From positions 1 through 32,536 of the forward strand of contig JASFYR010000024.1 of assembly GCA_045047115.1 (NCBI GenBank): a DNA stretch of 32,536 nt. Reading direction: 5' to 3'. Shown one piece after another: positions 8,497 to 17,222 of the stretch (the stretch's first letter is position 1; every line of letters starts with the position of its first letter). A program made the position numbers and the translations under genes. The notes below the pieces were generated by a model. It had not been told where the DNA came from. It made no database searches and was given only the letters and a program-made list of their open reading frames with translations. The stretch is from Sulfurospirillum sp. Lineage in GTDB: Bacteria > Campylobacterota > Campylobacteria > Campylobacterales > Sulfurospirillaceae.

Positions 8497-9309
8497 ATGG
8501 GATTTTGGGAAAATTTTGATAAAAATAAAAAGCTTATAGTTGCACATAGAGGAGCTAGGTCTATTAGGCCGGAAAATACTATGTCAGCTTTCAAAGAAGC
8601 TATGAAAAACAGTGATTTTATAGAGTTAGATGTTGCGTTCAGTAAAGATGGAGTTCCTGTCATCATACATGATAATACGCTTGAGCGAACCAGCAATGTA
8701 AAAGAGTTTAAAGAGTTTAAAAAACCTTATAGAGTTAGAGATTACACATATAAACAGCTCTCAAAGTTGGATTTTGGTTCTTGGTTTTTAAGAGATGATC
8801 CATTTAAGACGATAGAAAACGGAACTGTTACGATAGAAGAGTTAAAAGCCTTGAAAACCCAAAGAATATTGACATTAGATCAAGTTTTGAAAGTTTTGAA
8901 AAAACATAGTTTTCCTGTAAACATAGAGATAAAAGATCTCTCTAGAACAGATTATGATAAAACAGCTGTAAGAACTGTAATAGATCTTATTGAAAAACAT
9001 GTTATGGTAAATCTAGTTCTGCTCTCATCTTTTAATCATAAATATTTAAAACAGGCTTTTAAAATCAATCCAAATATTGATACAGCGGCACTAGAAGAAA
9101 AAAATTATTCAAAAGATTTGGTGAAACGCTTAAAGCGACTAAGAGTAAGAAGTTATAATCCTGCTTTAAAAATAGTAGATTCGGATTTGATAAAAGATCT
9201 CAGTAATGCTGGAATTTTTGTGAATATATTCACGGTGAATGATAAGAAAGATAGACTTAAACTTTTTGAAGAAGGGGCAAAGGCAGTTTTTACTGATGTG
9301 CTAGAATGA
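8497..9309 (+). CDS. Glycerophosphodiester phosphodiesterase (GDPD, UgpQ/GlpQ family)
   Basis: AHRG, PENT, ELDV, HD, NIEIK, SSF, FTD motifs; start set to ATG 8497 after AGGA. Confidence 0.92.
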   Translation: MGFWENFDKNKKLIVAHRGARSIRPENTMSAFKEAMKNSDFIELDVAFSKDGVPVIIHDNTLERTSNVKEFKEFKKPYRVRDYTYKQLSKLDFGSWFLRDDPFKTIENGTVTIEELKALKTQRILTLDQVLKVLKKHSFPVNIEIKDLSRTDYDKTAVRTVIDLIEKHVMVNLVLLSSFNHKYLKQAFKINPNIDTAALEEKNYSKDLVKRLKRLRVRSYNPALKIVDSDLIKDLSNAGIFVNIFTVNDKKDRLKLFEEGAKAVFTDVLE

Positions 9310-9604
9310 AAATTTTTATCTCCACTTTTTTATTATATTGTGGAGGTATTAGCGGTAGCGAATTAAGGTCTTTGGCAAAACAAAATGACTTGGAATCTAC
9401 CCCTAAAAGTTATAATCAGCTGCCAAAATTATTAGATAACCCAAAAAATCATATGACTGCAAAAGAAATCAGCTTTGAAAATATCAAAAAAGCTATAGGC
9501 GCATATGAGAGGATACTTCTCACAAGAGGAAAATATGATGATTTTTTAGATGGAGACAACTTAGGCCATCTCTGAAAAGGCGAAAGATGGTTGAGAGCTT
9601 ATTT
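9306..9604 (+). pseudogene. Remnant of diheme cytochrome c peroxidase (CcpA/MauG family)
   Basis: N-terminal LDNPKNHMT joined directly to inter-domain ISFENIKKAIGAYERILLTRGKYDDFLDGD, then frameshifted AISEKAKDG*EL; no CxxCH remains. Confidence 0.7.
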
Positions 9605-10069
9605 AAACAGGCTCTCTATCTCTTTGTAAGTTTTTGTTTTATTCCAGTCAACAGCCCCGATATAAACTCTAAAAATTTTACCTTTTTTGTCCACTATAAA
9701 TGTTTCAGGAACTCCAGTTGTATTGTATCTGTTTTTGACAGTACCATTTGTATCAAGAAGTATAGGAAATTTAAGTTTTAAATCCAATGCATACATCTGT
9801 ACTGTCAGGGGCACATCTTGAGTATCGATATTTACAGCAAGCATTTCGAATTGATTTGGATATTTGGCATTTAGTTTGTTATAAAGCGCTTGCATTGAAG
9901 GCATCTCTTCTTTGCATGGTGCACACCAGGTTGCCCAAAAATTGATAAAAAGAACTTTTCCTTCCAAATTTTTTGTATCTATCGTACCCCCTCTTAAAGT
10001 AGGCAGTGAAAATGCGATATAAGGGTCATTTGTCTCTAAAAATTTTTTGACCTCTATTTTTTTAAACAT
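9599..10069 (-). CDS. TlpA/ResA-family thiol-disulfide oxidoreductase
   Basis: INFWATWCAPCKEEMP and GVPETFIVD motifs. Confidence 0.92.
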   Translation of the reverse strand: MFKKIEVKKFLETNDPYIAFSLPTLRGGTIDTKNLEGKVLFINFWATWCAPCKEEMPSMQALYNKLNAKYPNQFEMLAVNIDTQDVPLTVQMYALDLKLKFPILLDTNGTVKNRYNTTGVPETFIVDKKGKIFRVYIGAVDWNKTKTYKEIESLFK

Positions 10070-10126
10070 AAATCATCCTTATTGATGAATTATATATTTA
10101 AATAATAAATAGAAAATAAATATTTA

Positions 10127-10148
10127 CAGTCATTTTTAAAAATGACTG
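10127..10148 (-). terminator. Palindrome downstream of M20 gene, possible terminator
   Basis: CAGTCATTTTT/AAAAATGACTG perfect 22-bp palindrome. Confidence 0.5.
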
Positions 10149-10159
10149 ACGAAAAAATA

Positions 10160-11257
10160 TTATATATTTCCCTCTAAAAATCCTTCAAAAATCTTAGTTG
10201 AAAGATTAATCCTTTGGGTAAAACTACTCTTTAAAGCTCTCTCATGTGAAGTGTGGTCGCCATCTCCAAAAGGACCAAATCCATCAATCGCCGGAGTTCC
10301 GTTTGACGAGACTATGTTTGCATCACTCACTCCGCCTCTGGATTCTGTGAGAAGTTTTTCTCCTATGTAATTTTCTATGTTTTTTAAAAATATACTCTGG
10401 GCAACATTTTCTTCCATCACATCTCTTTGGATACCCCCACTCAGATATGCGCTGGTGCCTCTTACATGTGAACTGTTTACAATTTCGTTTATGCCCCCAA
10501 GTATGCGGTCCCTTTCGCTTATATGGGTGTATCTGGCTTCAAAGGTGAGTTTTGCGCAAGGTGAGATAGTGTTTGCTCCGACACCACCTTCTATCTTGCC
10601 TACATTTACAGTGGTTCCCTCTTTTAGATTTGTAAGTTTGATAATCTCCTGGGTTTTATAGGCTGCTTCAAGATTTGCATCGATTCCTAGTTTGTAGTTA
10701 TTGCCTGCATGTGCTGCTTTACCTTCTATGTCTATATAAAATGTTCCTGCGCCTTTTCTTGCAACCACGACTTCAAGATTAACCCCGGCAGCCTCATAAA
10801 CCATACAGTAGTTATAATTTTTGGAGATACTCGCAGTTGCAAATTTTGAATCGTCACTTCCACCCTCTTCATCACTGACAAGCATAAAGTCGATATTTTC
10901 AACCCTGCCAAATTTTTTATATATATTTCTGAGAGCCTCAACGGCCACAATATTTCCACCTTTCATATCACATACTCCCGGCCCGTATATCCACTCTTCA
11001 TCTTCTTTGAAGTCACAAAAAGAGCCTTTTGGAAAAACGGTATCCATATGTCCTAGAAGAAGTAGCTTTTTACCATCTCTCTTCGGAGATTGAAAAAGCA
11101 GATGATTGCCTATGTGCTCTCTTTCAAATACTCTACATGTAAAGCCTAGTTCACTCATTATTTTTTTATAAATCTCACCATTTTTGTCTACACCCTCTTT
11201 ATTTTTAGTGTACGAGTTTATCTCTATAAGTTTTCTTAGTTCTTCAAAGTTTTTCAC
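10160..11257 (-). CDS. M20-family metallopeptidase (glutamate carboxypeptidase-like)
   Basis: GHMDTV, GVCDMKGG, DEE, YE, GKAAHAG, GGVSDAN, DHTSHE; GTG start. Confidence 0.92.
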   Translation of the reverse strand: MKNFEELRKLIEINSYTKNKEGVDKNGEIYKKIMSELGFTCRVFEREHIGNHLLFQSPKRDGKKLLLLGHMDTVFPKGSFCDFKEDEEWIYGPGVCDMKGGNIVAVEALRNIYKKFGRVENIDFMLVSDEEGGSDDSKFATASISKNYNYCMVYEAAGVNLEVVVARKGAGTFYIDIEGKAAHAGNNYKLGIDANLEAAYKTQEIIKLTNLKEGTTVNVGKIEGGVGANTISPCAKLTFEARYTHISERDRILGGINEIVNSSHVRGTSAYLSGGIQRDVMEENVAQSIFLKNIENYIGEKLLTESRGGVSDANIVSSNGTPAIDGFGPFGDGDHTSHERALKSSFTQRINLSTKIFEGFLEGNI

Positions 11258-11313
11258 CGGTGATGCCTTGCTTTTTTCACAATTATACTCCCTTTTCTGT
11301 AAATTTTAGCATA

Positions 11314-11339
11314 ATGAGACCATTGTGTAATGGTCTCAT
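11314..11339. promoter_or_regulatory. 11-bp inverted repeat between divergent genes
   Basis: ATGAGACCATT-GTGT-AATGGTCTCAT. Confidence 0.45.
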
Positions 11340-11416
11340 AATTTATCTATATAAAATATAAAATTTGCTATAGTCTATAGAGGGTATCTCTCAAATTAAA
11401 AGTTTAGGATTCTTAT

Positions 11417-11833
11417 ATGAAAAAGGCATTTTCTCTTATAGAGCTTATGATCGTCATCATAATACTTGGTCTTTTGGCGTCTTTGGTATTGCCAAATCTT
11501 TTAGGGCAGAGTGAGCAGGCAAAAAGAAAGCTTACCTGCGTGCAGATGCACTCTTTGTCAGATGCTCTAAAGTCCTTCAAGCTCTCAAACGGAACATATC
11601 CTACCACAAGTGAAGGTATGAAAGCTCTAATAAAAAATCCAAACCCATCTGTTTATACATCTTATCCTGTCGGAGGTTTTATAGACAGTAAAAAAGTACC
11701 GCTTGATCCTTGGAAAAGCCCATATATCTATATAAAGACTTCAGGTTTTTTCGATATTATCTCGCTTGGAGGCGATAAAAAAGAGGGTGGAGACGGCAAT
11801 GATGCAGACATAAAACTATCCACATGCGAGTAA
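11417..11833 (+). CDS. gspG: Type II secretion major pseudopilin
   Basis: A|FSLIEL prepilin motif, YPTTSEGMKALI, PLDPW, SLGGDKKEGGDG.DADI. Confidence 0.93.
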   Translation: MKKAFSLIELMIVIIILGLLASLVLPNLLGQSEQAKRKLTCVQMHSLSDALKSFKLSNGTYPTTSEGMKALIKNPNPSVYTSYPVGGFIDSKKVPLDPWKSPYIYIKTSGFFDIISLGGDKKEGGDGNDADIKLSTCE

Positions 11834-12366
11834 AAGCTTTTACTCTTATCGAATTATTAGTAGTTATTTTACTGCTTGGTATCATTTTTTCTTTGGCTCT
11901 TGGTACTTTTAGCTCTAAAAAGAGCATCTTCAAAAGTCCAAATATAGATAACCTACCCCAATACATAAAAAAAATTGAATTTCAAGGTAGCTCAATTTTT
12001 TATATATATGGAGATAAATGTGATAAAAATACTATATTGCATCTTGAAAAAATTTACAGTGACAGTACTGTTGCTCCATTTTCCAATACCTATAAGATTT
12101 ATAGCGAAGATAAAGCGGGATTTTTGAAAATTATTGATTATCCACCTGCTATTTTAAATAAAAAAAGGCAACATATCTGCTTTAAGCTAAATTTATATGC
12201 CGGAAAATTTATTGATAAGTTGATAGTGGATACAGGCACTAAATTTCTTCTTTTTTATCCTTTTTATCAGAAGGTGATCAGTTTTAATACTCTGAAAGAG
12301 GCCCGTAAAGCTTACTTTAAAGACGATATGTTTCCCAGGAGCATAGATGATTACTACCACAAATAA
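11824..12366 (+). CDS. Minor pseudopilin, GspH-like
   Basis: A|FTLIELLVV prepilin motif; position after gspG. Confidence 0.8.
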   Translation: MRVKAFTLIELLVVILLLGIIFSLALGTFSSKKSIFKSPNIDNLPQYIKKIEFQGSSIFYIYGDKCDKNTILHLEKIYSDSTVAPFSNTYKIYSEDKAGFLKIIDYPPAILNKKRQHICFKLNLYAGKFIDKLIVDTGTKFLLFYPFYQKVISFNTLKEARKAYFKDDMFPRSIDDYYHK

Positions 12367-12763
12367 CAAATCAGCATATATATTGATGGAAGTAATCATA
12401 AGCATCATTATTCTCAGTGTTGTCGGAATTTCGCTTTTGAGAGTAAATTCAAATGAAAAGCGACTCTATATGATATCTGACTCGAAACTGAAGTTTTTAA
12501 AGTATGTATCTATTCCGCTTAATCAGCACTCTATGGATCTACACAATAAAGAGTCAAATTTGTATGATTTGCTTAAAAACAGGTATGATTTTAAAAGTGA
12601 CCTTTTGATTAAAGAGCTAAAAAATACAAAAGTGATGTACAAACAAAAATACAAATCTATGGTCAATTTTATCCATGATGAGAGCAGTGTCAATCTTCTT
12701 ATAGATCAAATAACACTAAAAAACAGAAGTGCTACATCAAATTTTTTGACGGTTAAAAAGTGA
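12347..12763 (+). CDS. Minor pseudopilin, GspI-like
   Basis: A|YILMEVII prepilin-like motif plus hydrophobic helix. Confidence 0.72.
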   Translation: MITTTNNKSAYILMEVIISIIILSVVGISLLRVNSNEKRLYMISDSKLKFLKYVSIPLNQHSMDLHNKESNLYDLLKNRYDFKSDLLIKELKNTKVMYKQKYKSMVNFIHDESSVNLLIDQITLKNRSATSNFLTVKK

Positions 12764-13263
12764 TGAAAAGAGCTTTTACACTTATAGAGATTTTAGTTTC
12801 TATTGTACTTTTGGGGTTGATTAGTATATTTGTTACATCTACTATCTATCAAACAAAAACAGGTATCGAGATTTTTAAGAACAAAGTGGAAGAAACCAGT
12901 AAAATAGAAAAATTTCAAGATGTTTTATATAGAGATCTCCTGCAATCTAATGAGCTAAATACACAGGAGTACAAACGGTACTCGGTTGTCTATTTTAGAA
13001 GTAAAAATACAGTTTACGGCATAAGCAATCCTTATATCGTTTGGTTTGTGTCAAAAAAAGACGATACTTTAGTGAGAATTGAATCTTCAAGGCAGATACA
13101 ACTGCCCATATTGGAGGAGAATCTAAAGTACATGTTTCTAGACAGCACGCTGAAAAACTGTAAAGTATTTTTAGTGAAACTCTCAAAAGACAAAAAAGAT
13201 ATCCTGGTATATATAAAAATCAAAAATCAAAAATCAACCATTTTTGAAATAGCTAAAATATAA
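12763..13263 (+). CDS. Minor pseudopilin, GspJ-like
   Basis: A|FTLIEILVS prepilin motif, LYRDL, LVRIES. Confidence 0.8.
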   Translation: MKRAFTLIEILVSIVLLGLISIFVTSTIYQTKTGIEIFKNKVEETSKIEKFQDVLYRDLLQSNELNTQEYKRYSVVYFRSKNTVYGISNPYIVWFVSKKDDTLVRIESSRQIQLPILEENLKYMFLDSTLKNCKVFLVKLSKDKKDILVYIKIKNQKSTIFEIAKI

Positions 13264-13327
13264 AAATAATCTTATGCTCATAATAGAAGTTAATAATTAA
13301 TGTAAAATTAATAATTAACTATTTTGT

Positions 13328-13351
13328 AAAAAGCAACCTCTGCTTTTTTTT
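13328..13351 (+). terminator. Weak intrinsic terminator after pseudopilin genes
   Basis: AAAAAGCA-ACCTC-TGCTTTTT followed by a T run. Confidence 0.45.
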
Positions 13352-13674
13352 GAGATTTTGGTACTCAATTGCAAGATATTGTTGTGCTGAAGGAGAGTTG
13401 GACTTTTTTTAGCTTTTTGCTACAAGTTTTTTTGATAGTTATAAAAAAATATTATATATTTGACTAAATTATATACATTATAATAAACTATAATACACAT
13501 ATAATATAACTGTGTTTGTATTGCTACTTATCGTAACATCATATAGTAAAATATATATTTATAAATTATCTATTTTTTACATTATATCTGTATCTTATGC
13601 CTTTATATCGTACTTTAGACAGCTTTAATATGATATTTCCTTATAAAAAAGTATTTTTAATTATAATCTTTTCT

Positions 13675-13695
13675 TAAGTTTAAAAATGATAAAAT
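13675..13695 (+). promoter_or_regulatory. Putative sigma70 promoter of sox operon
   Basis: Extended -10 TGATAAAAT (13687-13695) preceded by TTAAGTTT, about 60 nt upstream of soxC. Confidence 0.5.
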
Positions 13696-13756
13696 AGTGA
13701 CATTAAAATATTTCAATATTAATTATTATTATATTTTTATATGAAAGGAGATGTAA

Positions 13757-15127
13757 TTGAAAGAGATAAAAATAGATACAAAAAATTCTAGTTCTTCTAC
13801 TTCTGATTTGATTAGAGAAGTTGCAAAAGAGATAGAAAAAACTCCTAAAGAAGGCAGAAGAGATTTTCTACGAAAAGGATTTTTCTTTTCTGTAACTGCT
13901 GCTGCAGCCTTAGGAGGTGTCGGAGCGACAAAACTTCAGGCGGAATCACATGTAAATCCAAAAAACTTACCGCCAAATAATCCTGAGTGGGGTTTAAAAT
14001 GGGGCAGAGACAATAATGCATTTCCATATGGATTGCCATCTAGATATGAACAAAATGTTGTCAGAAGGGATGTTCCTTGGTTAACAGCTGATCAAAAAGC
14101 ATCTATCAGCTTCACCCCGTGGCAAGATTTAAAAGGAATTATAGTTCCAAATGGATTGCATTTTACAAGATGTCATGGAGGCGTTATAGATATAAATCCA
14201 CTTGAATGGAGACTTTTAATACATGGTCTTGTAGATAAAGAAGTTGTTCTCACGCTTGAAGATATCAAAAGATACCCAAGTGTAAGTGTGATTCACTCTT
14301 TTGAGTGTGCTGCAAACAACGGCATGGAATACAGAGGTCCGGGTCTAAATTCACTTCAGGTTACGCACGGTATGCTTGCCTGCTCCGAGTGGACAGGAGT
14401 TCCTTTGAAAGTTATACTGGAAGATATCGGACTAAAACCAGAAGCCAAATGGATGTTTCCTGAGGGATCTGATCCAGCAGGTGTAGGGAGAAGTGTTCCT
14501 ATCGAGAAAGTTTTAGATGATGCAATGTTGGTATATGCGATGAATGGTGAGGCACTCAGACCTGAACAAGGCTATCCTGTAAGACTGTTTCTTCCTGGTT
14601 GGGAAGGAGCTATCCAGGTTAAATGGTTAAAAAGATTGAAGTTTGATACAAAATCATGGATGGTAAGAGAAGAGAGTACAAAATATACCATGCTGGAGTA
14701 TGACGGACATGCAAAGATGTACAATTGGGTCATGGAGGCAAATTCTGTTATTACTTCGCCTTGTCCTGAGCGAAACTGGAAAGGCCTTAAAAAAGGTGTG
14801 GTAAAAGTAGAAGGAATCGCATGGTCAGGAAGAGGAGCTATTACTCATGTTGATGTCTCAACTGATGGCGGTAAAAATTGGAAAGAGGCTAAGTTTACCA
14901 GTTTGGTTCTTCCAAAAGCAGTCACAAGATTTGCGATAGAAATCAATTGGGATGGAAAGCCGATGATGCTGCAAAGCAGAGCAACTGACGATACCGGCTA
15001 TACTCAGCCGACAGCAAAACAGATAGTTGCAGCCCGCGGAAGAGAGGCGGTATATCATAGAAATGCCATTCAAACCTGGGAAGTCAAGAGCAATGGGGAG
15101 GTAAATAATGTACACATCTATGCGTAA
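13757..15127 (+). CDS. soxC: Sulfane dehydrogenase molybdopterin subunit SoxC
   Basis: Tat motif RRDFL, GLHFTRCHGG, ECAAN, NGEALRPEQGYP, QSRATDDTG, YHRNAIQTW; AAGGAG RBS with TTG start. Confidence 0.95.
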   Translation: MKEIKIDTKNSSSSTSDLIREVAKEIEKTPKEGRRDFLRKGFFFSVTAAAALGGVGATKLQAESHVNPKNLPPNNPEWGLKWGRDNNAFPYGLPSRYEQNVVRRDVPWLTADQKASISFTPWQDLKGIIVPNGLHFTRCHGGVIDINPLEWRLLIHGLVDKEVVLTLEDIKRYPSVSVIHSFECAANNGMEYRGPGLNSLQVTHGMLACSEWTGVPLKVILEDIGLKPEAKWMFPEGSDPAGVGRSVPIEKVLDDAMLVYAMNGEALRPEQGYPVRLFLPGWEGAIQVKWLKRLKFDTKSWMVREESTKYTMLEYDGHAKMYNWVMEANSVITSPCPERNWKGLKKGVVKVEGIAWSGRGAITHVDVSTDGGKNWKEAKFTSLVLPKAVTRFAIEINWDGKPMMLQSRATDDTGYTQPTAKQIVAARGREAVYHRNAIQTWEVKSNGEVNNVHIYA

Positions 15128-16259
15128 TCTTACACTGTTGATAGGCTCAGTTGCTTTTGTAACGAACTTAGGAGCCGCAAAACTTGACTATACACCAGCT
15201 GGACCAAACCACTATCCTTACCCTAGTGTTGAAAAAAATAAACAGGGACTTGAAACAAATGTAGATGGTGCGATAATCAGAAAAAAAGTTATCAAAGTAA
15301 AAGAAGTATATAAATCACAAATAAGTGGAAAAAATCATAATTTTGGAAAAAAAGCATCAAGAGAGATTATAAAAGCATGGAATACTGATGTCAGACCAGA
15401 TGGCAAAGGCTTACCTGATGGCAAGATGAGTGTTGAAGAAGGGGCGCAGGTATTTGCAGCAAAATGTGCAGTTTGTCATGGTGACTTCGGAGAAGGAGTA
15501 GATAGATTTCCAGTCTTAGCAGGTGGAATCGGTACCTTGAAGCTTCACCCAAAATCAGGAGGAGACCCGGGGCCTCTGAAGACAATAGGAAGTTATGCTC
15601 CTTATATCGCACCGTTTTTTTGGTACATACAGACAGCTATGCCACTATCTGCTCCAAAATCACTTAGTAATTCTCAGGTTTATGGGATACTTGGATATTT
15701 ACTTCAGTTAAATGAGATAAAAGTAAATGGTGTTGATATAGAGGATAACACCATCATAGATAGAAAGTTTATCAAATCTGTTCACCTGCCAAATGAAAAA
15801 GGATTTGAGTATAACAACCTTAGAAAGCCTGATACCCACAATACAAGATGTATGAAAGATTGCACAGAGAAATCGAAAATGATAGTTATGCATATCAAAA
15901 CAGATGCTACTGTAGTAGACCCGCCATTTGGCAAAGGAAGATACTATTTTGGTACAAATTATAGCAGGACTGTAGAAGCAAAATATCCAAACCATACTAA
16001 AAAAATCTCAAAAGATGATGGAATTGGAAAGAGTGTGTACGAAAATACTTGTGCAGGATGCCATAATTCAGGAGTGGCAGGTGCTCCAAAATTTGGAAAT
16101 AAAGCTGATTGGGCACATGTTGGAAAAGAGAATTTAAAAACAGTATTTGATCATGCTATCAATGGCTTTAATTCAATGCCTCCAAAAGGTGGAGATACAA
16201 CACTTAAAGATGCTGATGTAAAAGATGCCGTTAAATATATGCTGAAAAATAGTAAATAG
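15108..16259 (+). CDS. soxD: Diheme cytochrome c SoxD
   Basis: DVRPDGKGLP, CAVCH, TIGSY, AMP, RCMKDC; second c5-like domain with CAGCH. Confidence 0.93.
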   Translation: MYTSMRNLTLLIGSVAFVTNLGAAKLDYTPAGPNHYPYPSVEKNKQGLETNVDGAIIRKKVIKVKEVYKSQISGKNHNFGKKASREIIKAWNTDVRPDGKGLPDGKMSVEEGAQVFAAKCAVCHGDFGEGVDRFPVLAGGIGTLKLHPKSGGDPGPLKTIGSYAPYIAPFFWYIQTAMPLSAPKSLSNSQVYGILGYLLQLNEIKVNGVDIEDNTIIDRKFIKSVHLPNEKGFEYNNLRKPDTHNTRCMKDCTEKSKMIVMHIKTDATVVDPPFGKGRYYFGTNYSRTVEAKYPNHTKKISKDDGIGKSVYENTCAGCHNSGVAGAPKFGNKADWAHVGKENLKTVFDHAINGFNSMPPKGGDTTLKDADVKDAVKYMLKNSK

Positions 16260-16270
16260 AGTAGATAAGA

Positions 16271-16346
16271 GACCGCAAGGTCAAGCTTTAGTGCAATGAA
16301 TTTATCAGTAATTTACTTCCTGATAAAGAAAACAATTAAATAAAAA
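16271..16346 (+). repeat. Two-hairpin structured repeat, copy 1 (upstream of soxX)
   Basis: GACC-GCAA-GGTC, AAGCTTTAGTGCAATGAA, TTTATCAGTAA-TTTAC-TTCCTGATAAA, GAAAACAATTAAATAAAA, then RBS. Confidence 0.85.
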
Positions 16347-16355
16347 GGAGAAAAG

Positions 16356-16724
16356 ATGATAAACGCAAAGAAATTATTAGCGATAGCCATAATGGGTACA
16401 GTCATTACTTCTGCGGCAAATGCTGCAAGTAATGATGCACTAATCAAAGAAGGAAGAAAAGTATTTGTTACTAAAAAACTTGGTAACTGTCTAGCTTGTC
16501 ACTCGGTTCAAGGTGATCCTAATATTCCCCAAACTGGCAATATTGGTCCAAAACTTGCAAACTTGGATACCTATCCTAAAGCATATCTGTTTGATAAAAT
16601 TTGGGATCCAAATAAAACAGTACCAAATACTCTTATGCCACCTATGGGTAGAAATCATAAGATAACAAAACAACAAATCGATGCAATAGTAGTATATCTA
16701 CAAGCAACAACAAAAGCAAAATAA
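16356..16724 (+). CDS. soxX: Monoheme cytochrome SoxX
   Basis: GNCLACH, GNIGP, IWDP...TLMPP. Confidence 0.95.
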   Translation: MINAKKLLAIAIMGTVITSAANAASNDALIKEGRKVFVTKKLGNCLACHSVQGDPNIPQTGNIGPKLANLDTYPKAYLFDKIWDPNKTVPNTLMPPMGRNHKITKQQIDAIVVYLQATTKAK

Positions 16725-16736
16725 GGAGAGTTAAAT

Positions 16737-17192
16737 ATGAAAAGAAGAAATTTTTTAGGATTAGGTTTTACAACAATGGCGGTAGCAGCTCTACAAACAA
16801 TAAGTAGTGCAAACATACTAAAAGAGCATCCGGCTGCTTTTGATGCTACAAAAGGAGATGCTGCGATAAAGGGAGTTTATGGCACAACAACTGTAGTAAA
16901 AGACGACAAAGCAGTACTGAAACTGCCAGATATCGCTGAAAACGGAGGCGCTGTTCCTGTAACAGTATCTACTAGTTTGGATAATGCAAAATCAATGGCT
17001 CTTATAATAGATGGAAATCCTCGCCCACTGGCAGTTGCTTGGGAACTGCAAGAAGGTACAATTCCAAAATTTTCAACCAGAATAAAAATGAGAAAAACAG
17101 GAAAAGTAAGACTAATTGTAGAAGATGCAAATGGAAAACTGCATGAAGCAATCAAACAGGTAAAAGTTACAGTTGGCGGCTGTGGCGGTTGA
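16737..17192 (+). CDS. soxY: Sulfur carrier SoxY
   Basis: Tat KRRNFL, IAENGGAVP, STRIKM, C-terminal VTVGGCGG. Confidence 0.97.
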   Translation: MKRRNFLGLGFTTMAVAALQTISSANILKEHPAAFDATKGDAAIKGVYGTTTVVKDDKAVLKLPDIAENGGAVPVTVSTSLDNAKSMALIIDGNPRPLAVAWELQEGTIPKFSTRIKMRKTGKVRLIVEDANGKLHEAIKQVKVTVGGCGG

Positions 17193-17222
17193 TACTGGTC
17201 ATCAATAATAGTTCCAAAAAGT

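Noticed and set aside
13390..13466. Small TTG ORF after AAGGAG in the AT-rich spacer
   Set aside because: SD-start spacing is only about 2 nt and the product is low-complexity.
16271..16346. c-di-GMP-I riboswitch (GNRA hairpin plus second hairpin)
   Set aside because: Lacks the GGCAAAC...GACGC core and a tetraloop receptor.
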